Source: an uncultured bacterium
GTDB lineage: Bacteria; Actinomycetota; Thermoleophilia; Solirubrobacterales; 70-9
Direction: 5' to 3'
Assembly (NCBI GenBank): GCA_963807745.1
Contig: CAWECF010000003.1
Coordinates: 763,895 to 827,894, forward strand
Length of the DNA stretch: 64,000 nt
In this document: piece after piece, positions 37,500 to 45,531 of the stretch
How the letters are laid out: every line of letters begins with the position of its first letter
How positions within the stretch are numbered: position 1 is the stretch's first letter
Program-made: the position numbers and the translations under genes
The notes under the pieces: model-generated
The model's database searches: none
What the model was told of the DNA's origin: nothing
Seen by the model: only the letters and a program-made list of their open reading frames with translations

Positions 37500-38035
37500 C
37501 CCCGCCCCGCCCGCACCACCGCCCGCGAAGGCAGGGTTTCTCTCGCATAGCGCGACAAACCCTGCCCTCGCGACTCCTTGCCGCGACCGTGCTCCTCCTC
37601 ACCGCCATCGCGCCTCCGGCCCTCGCCCAGTCGACCGAGCCTCAGACCACCCTCCCCGACGTCGAGGACGAGGTCATGTGCCCCGTATGTGGCACGACGC
37701 TCGAGCTCGCCTCCGACTCCCCCCAGGCGATCGACGAGCGCGAGAAGATCCGCGAGCTCATCGCCCAGGGCCTCACCAAGGAAGAGATCAAGGACGAGCT
37801 GGTGGCCGAGTTCGGCCCGGAGGTTCTCGCCGAGCCGAGCACCGAGGGGTTCGACCTGGCGGCGTGGCTGGTGCCGGGCCTGGCCGTGCTGGCCGGCGCG
37901 GCGCTGGCGTTCTTCGCGGTCAGGCGGTGGCGCGGGGATACGCGCTCGCTCCAGGCTTCCGAGGGCTCACAGCCCGCCGAGTCGGTCGAGGACGGCGAGC
38001 GGCTTGATGAGGATCTGAAGCGCTACGGGCTGTAG
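37496..38035 (+). CDS. ccmH: Cytochrome c-type biogenesis protein CcmH
   Basis: Signal sequence, VMCPVCG CxxC motif, REKIRELIAQGLTKEEI and a C-terminal TM. ATGA overlap with the thioredoxin-domain frame of the upstream gene. Confidence 0.8.
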   Translation: MTPPRPHHRPRRQGFSRIARQTLPSRLLAATVLLLTAIAPPALAQSTEPQTTLPDVEDEVMCPVCGTTLELASDSPQAIDEREKIRELIAQGLTKEEIKDELVAEFGPEVLAEPSTEGFDLAAWLVPGLAVLAGAALAFFAVRRWRGDTRSLQASEGSQPAESVEDGERLDEDLKRYGL

Positions 38036-38059
38036 CTCGCCCGGCCGGGGTCTCGAAGG

Positions 38060-38682
38060 TCAGCGGGTCGAGACCGCGATGACAGCAATCGTGGGAGAAC
38101 GAATTCGCGCGTCGTCTGCTCCCATCTGCTGGCAGGAGAACGCGACTGTGTGCGTTCCCTGGATCGAAGGTTCCCCGTGACCAAGGTTCGGGCGAATCCG
38201 TCAGCAGCCACAACGCTGGTGTTGTCAGAGTTCTCTTCTCCCGGTCCCTCCGAAGCATTCGCATCCTGTCCGTCGATCCGTAACTCGCATTCGGCAGATG
38301 CTGCCGCGCCTTCGCTGTAGAAGCCTCCGGTTCCGGTGACTAAGAGCTGACTGGGGTTATTCAGGTTCACGACCTGACTAGCGCAATCTGTCCAGACTGA
38401 ATCTGCGGGATCGCAATTCCCTGCCTGAGCACCGTCCAGGCTCAGGATGCGGTCGCCATCGAGAGAGCCTTCGTCGATCTCGCGCCCTCCGAGAGTGTTC
38501 CTCTGGACGTCCTTGCCGCGGACAGCGCGGCGGTCCTTCAGGTCCTGCGTTCGTACAGAATCGTTCTTCAATTCCCGAGACCCAATCTCGCCTGCGGCGT
38601 AGACCGCGCCGGTCCCGAGAGCGAGGAAAAGGGCGATTGTCGCCGTGACGTTTGCGTACGTGAGGTGGCGTCGGATCTTCAC
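38060..38682 (-). pseudogene. N-terminally membrane-anchored protein of unknown function (gene Z of the ECF operon), C-terminus in another frame
   Basis: GTG start VKIRRHLTYANVTATIALFLALG forms a GTGA overlap with the corrected stop of gene Y. After about 38166-38200 the track frame turns Arg/Ser-rich. The alternative frame reads GEPSIQGTHTVAFSCQQMGADDARIRSPTIAVIAVSTR-stop (38060). Confidence 0.5.
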
Positions 38683-39748
38683 CGGGCTTCGACGATAACG
38701 CGGCGCGCAGCGGTCCGTGTTCCCCGATATGGCCATCCGCGTTCAGACGGGACCTTTAGCCGGAATCGGATCCCGACATCTTGCTCGTAGTGCGTCCCGA
38801 ACCCGTACTTGAATCGAAATCGTCCGTCGGACTTCGTCCGGAAGGGATTTCGCACCGTCGCCCACCTGCCCGAGGTCGGATCCTGATACTGAATCTGAAG
38901 CAGCTTGCCCCTGGTTGGAATCCGCGCTCCCAGCCGCCCGATCCGGCCTTTGAAGTTGTCCCCCTGCCCTCCGGTACATGCCTGCGGGTCAGGCCGAGTC
39001 TCGCCCCGGTCTTGACTGCAAGCCGGCCAGCGGCGACGGTCGTGTCCAGGTACCTCTGATCACCGGCGTACTCAGCGCTGACCGACCGGGTCGGGCCGGC
39101 CGGCAGCTTGGACGACCATCGGCCTGCCTCGTCCGTCACCACGGTGCGAACCCGGTGATCGATCAAGGCGCCCTCACCGAAGTCTTCGTCGACTACGACC
39201 GGCTTGCCGGCAAGTGGCTGGCCCGACGCGTCGAAGAGCCGCCCTTGAACACGGGCGCTCTTTCCGTAAGCAACGGTCGTCCGCTTTGATCCACCGGGCT
39301 CGATGTGGGCGTTCAGCTCCACCCCTGAACGGAGTGGGAACTGAAGCGTCATTGTCGTTCCGTCTTCTCGCAACACAGTTTCAGAGAAGTTGCCCGCGAC
39401 GTCTGTAGCCGTCGCCATGAACTCATATGTGCCTGGCGTCTCGGCTGCAGAGTCAACTCGAGCTCGTAATTCGCCGGGAAGCTCCTGCGTAAGCAGTGGA
39501 CGCCAGTCGGTCATCCCAACCTGGCGAAAATAGATCGTGCCACTTTCGACTCCAGAGAACTCGTCTTGAGCTGATACGCGGATCAGTTCAGGGTCTTCCG
39601 GCTCATTCTCTGCAAACGAGAGGCGTGACGCTTCGTTGTCAACTCTTATGTCACGGGTGACGCAGGACTCGTTCCCGGCGAAATCCGATCCACACTCTAG
39701 GACCTTATTCACCCCATTGGTGAATGGGCTCTGTAGATGTCGAATCAA
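38679..39748 (-). pseudogene. Multi-beta-sandwich protein (Ig-like plus carboxypeptidase-regulatory-like repeats; gene Y), C-terminus in another frame
   Basis: DEFSGVESGTIYFRQ...TATDVAGN and RVQGRLFDASGQPLAGKPVVVDE...TDEAGRW patterns. After about 38960-38990 the sensible reading moves to QGDNFKGRIGRLGARIPTRGKLLQIQYQDPTSGRWATVRNPFRTKSDGRFRFKYGFG...VIVEAR-stop (38679). Confidence 0.55.
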
Positions 39749-40515
39749 CCACGGTCGCTGAGCCTGTGCGGACTACAAGGGACGATCGCGGACGCCACAC
39801 CTTCAAAGATCTGGCCGCCGCACTCCGGCTCAACCTTGAACAAGGGCTGCCCGTTCACCCCAACCGTCGCATGAATCAAGCCAGAACCCTCATCGGTCGC
39901 GCCGACGAACGCGCTTGCGTCTCCCCTAAGCCAGCCGCCATCGAAAAGAGTTCCGCCGACCTCCACCTCCGGATCCGCCGCATCCGCGACCGTCAACCGC
40001 AAACTCCTTACCCATGTCTTCGCGGTGTCCGAGGCCGGGCAGCTCGGGCTCTGGACGCACTCGAGGCTCGCGACGAACTCGGGCTGCGGCTTTCCCTGCC
40101 ATTCGTAAGTCTGGAATCCGTTCGAGGTCGAGTCGCCGAGAGCAACCTGATGGGTGCTGCGCCCGTCGCCGTCGGCCATGAACAGCTCGGATCGGTAGCC
40201 GTTGGCCCGGCGAAGCCTTCCCTCGACCTCCACGCCGGTGATCCCGAGTGGTTCGCCTACCCGCCAGAAGGCTTTACCGGAGCGGCCCTCGGTCGTTCTG
40301 TCGACGCTCTCGATCTGGACCGCCGAGCTGTTCTGAGGATCGCTGCAGAGAGTGCGAGCTGAGAACGAGTTGGTCGCTTCGATCGTGCCGCCGAACCCGC
40401 GATGGAGCTCGTGACAAAAGAGGACGTCGTAGGTCCCTCCCTCGGCCACCGACGCCGTAGGCATCAGGGCCGAGCCCGCGAAGGCGAGTGCGGTGGCGAT
40501 CCTCACTCTCGTCAT
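39745..40515 (-). CDS. Secreted protein of unknown function (gene X), possibly the N-terminal part of gene Y
   Basis: Signal peptide MTRVRIATALAFAGSALMPTASVAEG. ATGA overlap with the sigma gene. Stop overlaps the TTG of the next ORF (TTGA). Confidence 0.55.
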   Translation of the reverse strand: MTRVRIATALAFAGSALMPTASVAEGGTYDVLFCHELHRGFGGTIEATNSFSARTLCSDPQNSSAVQIESVDRTTEGRSGKAFWRVGEPLGITGVEVEGRLRRANGYRSELFMADGDGRSTHQVALGDSTSNGFQTYEWQGKPQPEFVASLECVQSPSCPASDTAKTWVRSLRLTVADAADPEVEVGGTLFDGGWLRGDASAFVGATDEGSGLIHATVGVNGQPLFKVEPECGGQIFEGVASAIVPCSPHRLSDRG

Positions 40516-41882
40516 GGGCCGAACTCCTGCGCGACCGCGCCGGAATCCGAGCTAGAACTCGTCTGCGCAGGTGGGGTCCCCACGGGCTGGGCTGCGCTTT
40601 CGACTCCGAGCTCCTGGGTTGCCGGAGGCGTGTCGGGCGCCAAGACAGGCTCAGACGCCGCCGTCTCGGTCGCGGCGCCGCCATCACTGCTCTCGTCCCG
40701 GGCTTCCTCGGTGTCAACCTGAGGGACTTCGGGCGTGACGCTCTGCGGAGGTGTTTCAGGACGAATGTCGCGTGCGACCTCGGCGAGCGGCGGCGAGTTC
40801 CGGCCGCTCCTGTCCAACGGTTCGGCGCCTGCGCTGCCCGGCGTGATCGGACCCACGCCGGCAACGACACAACTGGAGATCGCCACCACTCCGCCGGTGC
40901 ACGCGAGGGCGGCCTTGGTTCCGGTCCCGAGGGCCGACAACTTCGCGAGCACTCCCGCGCCGGCTGCTCCAGCTCCCCGCGCGCCAGTTACGACCGCGAT
41001 TCCCTCGCTCGTCTCCGGGCGCGAGGCGATTCCGGTTGCCGAGTCGCGCGCACCATCGAGCGAGTCCTTCGCCCTCTCGATGAGGGAAGAGTGCCCGTCG
41101 ATCGCCTCCAGGGCTCCTGGAAGCAGGATCGAGGAGCCGACATCGTGCAGGTGCCCGGAGAGCTTGCCGACGAACTCGCTGCAGCTTCGGCAGTGCGAGA
41201 TGTGGCGCCTGGCCTGCAGCGCTTCGTCGTCGGTCGCAATCCCGGCGGCGAATGCCTTCAGGAGGGGCTCCCGGTCGTCGCACCAGCGGCCCTCCTCCAC
41301 AAGCTTGATCCGAGCCGTCATCTCGTCGACGCCCCTCGTGATCTCCTTGCGGTACGCGCGTGGCGAGAGGCCCTCCACCATGCCGCAAATCTCGCTGGGC
41401 TCGAGCCCCCATCCGTAGCGGAGGAGCATCACCGCGCGCCGCCGCGGCGGGAGGCTCGCGAGGAGGTCGCGCGTCAACCGGCTCGACTCCATCGTCTCTG
41501 CCTGTTCGTGAACCGCATCGGACGTGCCCACCACCGCGGATGCAGCCTCAAGCGGCGCGATCGGCTTCCTCTTGCGACGCCGGATTTCCTTGCTTGCGTG
41601 GTTGGCGACGGCGGTGAGCAGATACGAGCGCACTTCGTCATCCGTGAGCTCGTGTGCCTTTCGCTCGAGCGACCGCAAGGTGCCGAGCCACGCACTTGAA
41701 TAGATGTCCTCGATCTCCGCGTCGCCGAACGTAGATCCGTAAGCCCGTCGGATCAGTCCCCTGGCGGGGTGGCGTAGCTCTTCGTACAGCGCGCTCGCCC
41801 GCTCATGCCATGCCATCCGATCGCGCTCCGCGGAACTGACGGCTGACGCACGCCCGGCGCTGATCGTTGATCCGTATTCCAT
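40512..41882 (-). CDS. ECF sigma factor fused to a ZAS-type anti-sigma domain, TM segment and Pro/Thr/Glu-rich tail
   Basis: Start MEYGSTIS (41882). Sigma region 2 (DAEIEDIYSSAWLGTL, YLLTAVANHA), region 4 (LPPRRRAVMLLRYGWGLEPSEICGMVGLSPRAYRKEITRG), HISHCRSC (HxxxCxxC), a Gly/Ala-rich hydrophobic stretch and a low-complexity C-terminus. Confidence 0.8.
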   Translation of the reverse strand: MEYGSTISAGRASAVSSAERDRMAWHERASALYEELRHPARGLIRRAYGSTFGDAEIEDIYSSAWLGTLRSLERKAHELTDDEVRSYLLTAVANHASKEIRRRKRKPIAPLEAASAVVGTSDAVHEQAETMESSRLTRDLLASLPPRRRAVMLLRYGWGLEPSEICGMVEGLSPRAYRKEITRGVDEMTARIKLVEEGRWCDDREPLLKAFAAGIATDDEALQARRHISHCRSCSEFVGKLSGHLHDVGSSILLPGALEAIDGHSSLIERAKDSLDGARDSATGIASRPETSEGIAVVTGARGAGAAGAGVLAKLSALGTGTKAALACTGGVVAISSCVVAGVGPITPGSAGAEPLDRSGRNSPPLAEVARDIRPETPPQSVTPEVPQVDTEEARDESSDGGAATETAASEPVLAPDTPPATQELGVESAAQPVGTPPAQTSSSSDSGAVAQEFGP

Positions 41883-42156
41883 CGCGGTGTTTCTTCCAAC
41901 CCCGCCGACGCGACCTGTGCCCCCCTCGCTTGGCAGATTTCCTAATCGGACCGTAAGTCGGCATTCGACGCCTGCGCGCCGGTCGGAGCGCCAAACTTGC
42001 GCAAACTGCTCGCGTTCGTACGCAAATAGCGGGAAGTTTCTGCGTGAAGCCACGGTGCTTCTGGTCGTGGGTCGACTTACTCCCGGATACCGGGAACAAA
42101 TCGACCCACGTCAGTCTTGCCGCCTATTGCTTCATCGCGCGGCTAGGCTCGCAACC

Positions 42157-42626
42157 ATGGTCATCGAAGGCCGCCAAGCCCCGGATTTCACCCTGCCGGA
42201 CCAGGACGGGAACGCCGTCTCGCTTCATGGCCTGCGCGGCAAGTGGGTCGTCGTCTACTTCTATCCCGCGAGCCGACACGCCCGGGTTGCACCACGCAGG
42301 CCTGTGGCGTTCGCGACCGCTCAGCCGACTACGCCGCGGCCGGCGCCGCGGTCCTCGGCATTTCCCCCGACACCGTCGCGGCGGTGAAGAAGTTTTCCGA
42401 CAAGAACTCGCTCCATTTCCACCTCCTCGCCGACGAGGCGCATTCCGTCGCCGAGGAATGGGGAGTGTGGGCCGAGAAGTCCATGTACGGGAAGAAGTAC
42501 TGGGGCGTCCTGCGCTCCACCTTCATCATCGACCCCACCGGCAAGGTCGCCCAGGTCTTTCCGAAGGTCTCGCCCAAGACGCACGACGACGTGGTGCTGG
42601 GCGCCCTCGCCGAGCTGACTACCTAG
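42157..42626 (+). pseudogene. bcp: Peroxiredoxin Bcp with two frame breaks 20 nt apart at the active site
   Basis: MVIEGRQAPDFTLPDQDGNAVSLHGLRGKWVVVYFYP (frame 1), RADTPG (frame 2, 42266-42286), CTTQACGVRD...STFIIDPTGKV (frame 3). One extra nt near 42265-42268 and one at 42287. Confidence 0.75.
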
Positions 42627-43351
42627 GCCCGCGCGACAAACACCCGGTGGCCGGGCGCGAATGAGCGCCCGCCGTAGCCGCGGCGCATCTGCACCTTGAA
42701 GTGCGCCTCGCGAAGCATGTCCTCGATCTCCGCCCCGGGCCAGAGGCGTAGGCGGTGCACCTCTTCGGAGCGGCGGTAGGTCGCGCCGCCGGCTATGCGC
42801 CTGAAGGTGGTGATGCGCCGCTGGAGCTTTCGCCCCTTGCGGTCCTCTGACGCGGTGTAGAGGCACGCCCAGTCGTCGCCGGCGCGGAAGGCCGAGTCCT
42901 CTCCGGTCGGCACCCGGCCAGGGGTCGCCAGATCGAAGACGAAGAGGCCGCCCGGGCTGAGCGAGGAGCGAACGCGCCCGAAGAGGTCGCGAAGCTCCGC
43001 CTTGGTTCCCGACGCCGTGCCGACATAACCCAGTACCTCGCCGATCGCAAGCACGGCGTCGCACTCGGGGATCGGGGCATCAACCCACGAGCCGACACGA
43101 AAGCGCGCCGCGGGCGCGCGGGAGCGGGCGAGGGCGATCATCGCCCGGGAGGCGTCGATGCCGAGCACGTCGTGCCCCGCCTCAGACAGCGAAGCCGCCG
43201 TTGCCCCGGAACCGCAGCCCAGCTCGATCACGCGACCTCGGTCCACCCCGCGCTCCTCCAGAAGGCGAACTACGAAGGGAGTGGCCTCGGCGGCGAGGTC
43301 GAGGAAACCGGCGTCATGGATATATGCGACATCGGAGCCGTAGTCGGCCAT
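42623..43351 (-). CDS. Class I SAM-dependent methyltransferase
   Basis: Start MADYGSDVAYIHD. VIELGCGSG motif I. Confidence 0.8.
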   Translation of the reverse strand: MADYGSDVAYIHDAGFLDLAAEATPFVVRLLEERGVDRGRVIELGCGSGATAASLSEAGHDVLGIDASRAMIALARSRAPAARFRVGSWVDAPIPECDAVLAIGEVLGYVGTASGTKAELRDLFGRVRSSLSPGGLFVFDLATPGRVPTGEDSAFRAGDDWACLYTASEDRKGRKLQRRITTFRRIAGGATYRRSEEVHRLRLWPGAEIEDMLREAHFKVQMRRGYGGRSFAPGHRVFVARA

Positions 43352-44352
43352 TACGTCGTAAGAACGTAGAACAAGAACGCGACGAAGAGGCCGATCCAGG
43401 CGAGCACCGCCCAGAGCGAGAAACGGTTTCTCCCGTGGACCTCGATATAGGCGATGGCGCCGCCGACGAGGCCGAGCGCTCCGGAGACGATCGCGAAGCG
43501 ATCGAGATCCCACTCGGTCAGGAGCAGGCCGATGGCGATGGGGATGGTCGACTGGAAGACCATCGCGCCGGTGATATTGCCCAGTGCCAGCGCGTCCTTG
43601 CCGTCGCGGACCCAGAAAAAGGAGTTCGCCTTCTCGGGCAACTCGGTCGCGAGCGGGGCGAGGATGAGCGAGAGGACGAGCGGCTCGATGCCGATGTCTT
43701 CCGCGACGTGGAGCAGCTCTTCGACGAAGAGGTGGGCGCCGCCGATGATCGCCGCAAGTCCGGCGGTGAGCTGGATCACGATGAGATGGAGCTTGGGGTC
43801 GCCCTCGTGAGGCGTGCGGTCGAGGATGAGCGGCCCGATGTCCTCGGCTTCCTGGACGTCTCCGCCCTCGCGAAGCGTGCGCCGAACGTACGTCGCGTAT
43901 GCGGCGATGAAGAGGATCACGAGCGGGATCTGCGCCCAGGTCGGCAGTGGCGCGGCACCCACGGCGATGCCGAGCGCGAAGAAGATCATGAAGAAGCGCA
44001 GGTCGCGCCTAAGCGTGGGGCCGTGCGCCCTGAGCTCGGTGCCCTGGTCTCGGCGACCTTTGTAGATGAACGCGGACACGCCGACGAGGCCCATCGCGAT
44101 CGTCGCCAGCAGAAAGGGCGCGCCGATGATCGCGCCGACCGCGACGTCCTCGGACCCTTCCGCGCCGCCGACGATGGCCACGATGGGAATAAGCGTCTCG
44201 GGCATGGCTGTCCCGACCGCAGCGAGGAGCGAGCCCACGGCGCCCTGCCCCATGTCCAGGCGGTGCCCCATCCATTCGACGGCGTTCGTGAAGAGAAGCG
44301 CTCCGGCGAGGATTACGGCAAAGGAAATTAGAAGTAGAACGAGAGGCGGCAC
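43351..44352 (-). CDS. Sodium/calcium exchanger (CaCA, YrbG-like) membrane protein
   Basis: 333-aa polytopic ORF with two alpha-repeat-like motifs (GTAMPETL, LGNITGAMVFQ). Confidence 0.8.
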   Translation of the reverse strand: MPPLVLLLISFAVILAGALLFTNAVEWMGHRLDMGQGAVGSLLAAVGTAMPETLIPIVAIVGGAEGSEDVAVGAIIGAPFLLATIAMGLVGVSAFIYKGRRDQGTELRAHGPTLRRDLRFFMIFFALGIAVGAAPLPTWAQIPLVILFIAAYATYVRRTLREGGDVQEAEDIGPLILDRTPHEGDPKLHLIVIQLTAGLAAIIGGAHLFVEELLHVAEDIGIEPLVLSLILAPLATELPEKANSFFWVRDGKDALALGNITGAMVFQSTIPIAIGLLLTEWDLDRFAIVSGALGLVGGAIAYIEVHGRNRFSLWAVLAWIGLFVAFLFYVLTT

Positions 44353-44621
44353 TCCCGCCCCAACCTACCCAACGATTGTTGCGAGTCCGTTAGGAATCCT
44401 GGGCATCCCTCAGTCGTGGAAGCCGTAGCGCTCCTGGAAGCGCTTGAGCGGCGCCACGTACTTGGTCGACATGTGCCCCGGGAGGACGACCGAGCGGAGG
44501 TCGTCGGCGATCAGGGCGCTCTTCGGGCAGGCCCTTCGCGACCTTCTCCAGCTCCTCCTCGCGCTGCCGCTCGAGCGGGCGGAGCGTGTTGACCGCGCCG
44601 CCGACGAGCCCGGCTGATTTC

Positions 44622-45497
44622 TCAGGCCGAATCGACCAGGGAGATGCAGACCGCGTACGAAGTCAAGGTCACCCTCCTATTCGTCCCGTTGAACGACTTG
44701 GCGTAGAACCCATCTTCGGGCGTCTTCCCCTTGTCCTTGGGTGAATCCCAGGGCCGGATCGCCAAGGCGGGGACATCCTGCTGCCAGACCGTTCCGCGGG
44801 TGACCTTGACGCCCCCGCCCACGACCGCCTCGCCGCTCCGGCACTTCGCGACTGCCTTGCCCGGCCGCTTTGACTCGACCTCGCTTGCCTTGTCGCGGAT
44901 GGTGGTCGCGTACCCGGCGCAAAGCGTCGTGAAGACAGCCTCGCCATCCACCGGGCTCTCGTTCGCGAACGAATGCGTGAACGCGTTGGGCGTCATCGCG
45001 GGGAAGGTGCCGAGGATCTCAGGATCGCCCGCGGTGCCGACGATGCCGCCGCTGAGCGGGACCTCCCCGCTCGGGCAGGCCAAGGAGAAGTTGGCCTGGC
45101 TCGTGTTCGGCCCGACGTTCTCGGTCGAGCTCGCTCGTGAGACCACGCCCGGCCCGCAGATCGCCCAAGACGTGACCGTCTCGCCATCGGGATCGGCCGT
45201 TCGGCCCTCGGCAATCCACGACTCTTCGGCCGGCACCGGCCCGGATGCGTTCAGGTGCCCTTTCTTCCCGCTGCCGCCGATCGCGGCGCCTCCCCCGGTG
45301 AGGCTGTTCTCTTCGCACTCCGTGACCGGCCCGGCCTGGGTGACAACCTGCGGGTACTTCGTGCGCAGATACTCGAGTGGGCCGGCGCTCCCCAGGTTCA
45401 CCGTGGGATCCGGCGTCCCCGCGCTCGCAGCAGGAGCGAGCCCGAACGCGACGATCAGCGCCACCGCAAGCCATCCGGTCCCCATTACGCGCCCCAC
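44622..45497 (-). CDS. Secreted Cys-containing repeat protein of unknown function
   Basis: Signal peptide ending APAASAG. Three internally similar modules ending in W/Y-A-I/V-C. Confidence 0.5.
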   Translation of the reverse strand: MGRVMGTGWLAVALIVAFGLAPAASAGTPDPTVNLGSAGPLEYLRTKYPQVVTQAGPVTECEENSLTGGGAAIGGSGKKGHLNASGPVPAEESWIAEGRTADPDGETVTSWAICGPGVVSRASSTENVGPNTSQANFSLACPSGEVPLSGGIVGTAGDPEILGTFPAMTPNAFTHSFANESPVDGEAVFTTLCAGYATTIRDKASEVESKRPGKAVAKCRSGEAVVGGGVKVTRGTVWQQDVPALAIRPWDSPKDKGKTPEDGFYAKSFNGTNRRVTLTSYAVCISLVDSA

Positions 45498-45531
45498 GTT
45501 GGAAATTCTAAGCGAAGTGAGAACGCCGCGC

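Noticed and set aside
36955-38007. 350-aa plus-strand ORF spanning the tlpA-like and ccmH genes
   Set aside because: It is a Pro/Arg/Ser/Ala-rich shadow frame. The WCGPC thioredoxin and CPVC CcmH motifs lie in other frames.
33554-42000. Genomic island integrated at tRNA-Gly
   Set aside because: No integrase, transposase or phage gene is present. I found no direct repeat of the tRNA 3' end. The tRNA 3' end points away from the suspect region. Only the accessory-like gene content and the frame breaks are unusual.
36100-42300. Programmed ribosomal frameshifting as the explanation for the frame breaks
   Set aside because: I saw no X-XXY-YYZ-type slippery heptamer or downstream pseudoknot at the junctions. 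Shifts occur in both directions, on both strands, and in unrelated gene families. Two lie only 20 nt apart inside a catalytic motif. Indels, either real or assembly-derived, are the simpler explanation.
43201-44331. 376-aa plus-strand ORF opposite the CaCA gene; similarly 46003..46650, 46728..48020 and 51248..52462
   Set aside because: All are antisense to genes with family motifs and show Arg/Asp/Glu/Gly-rich shadow composition.
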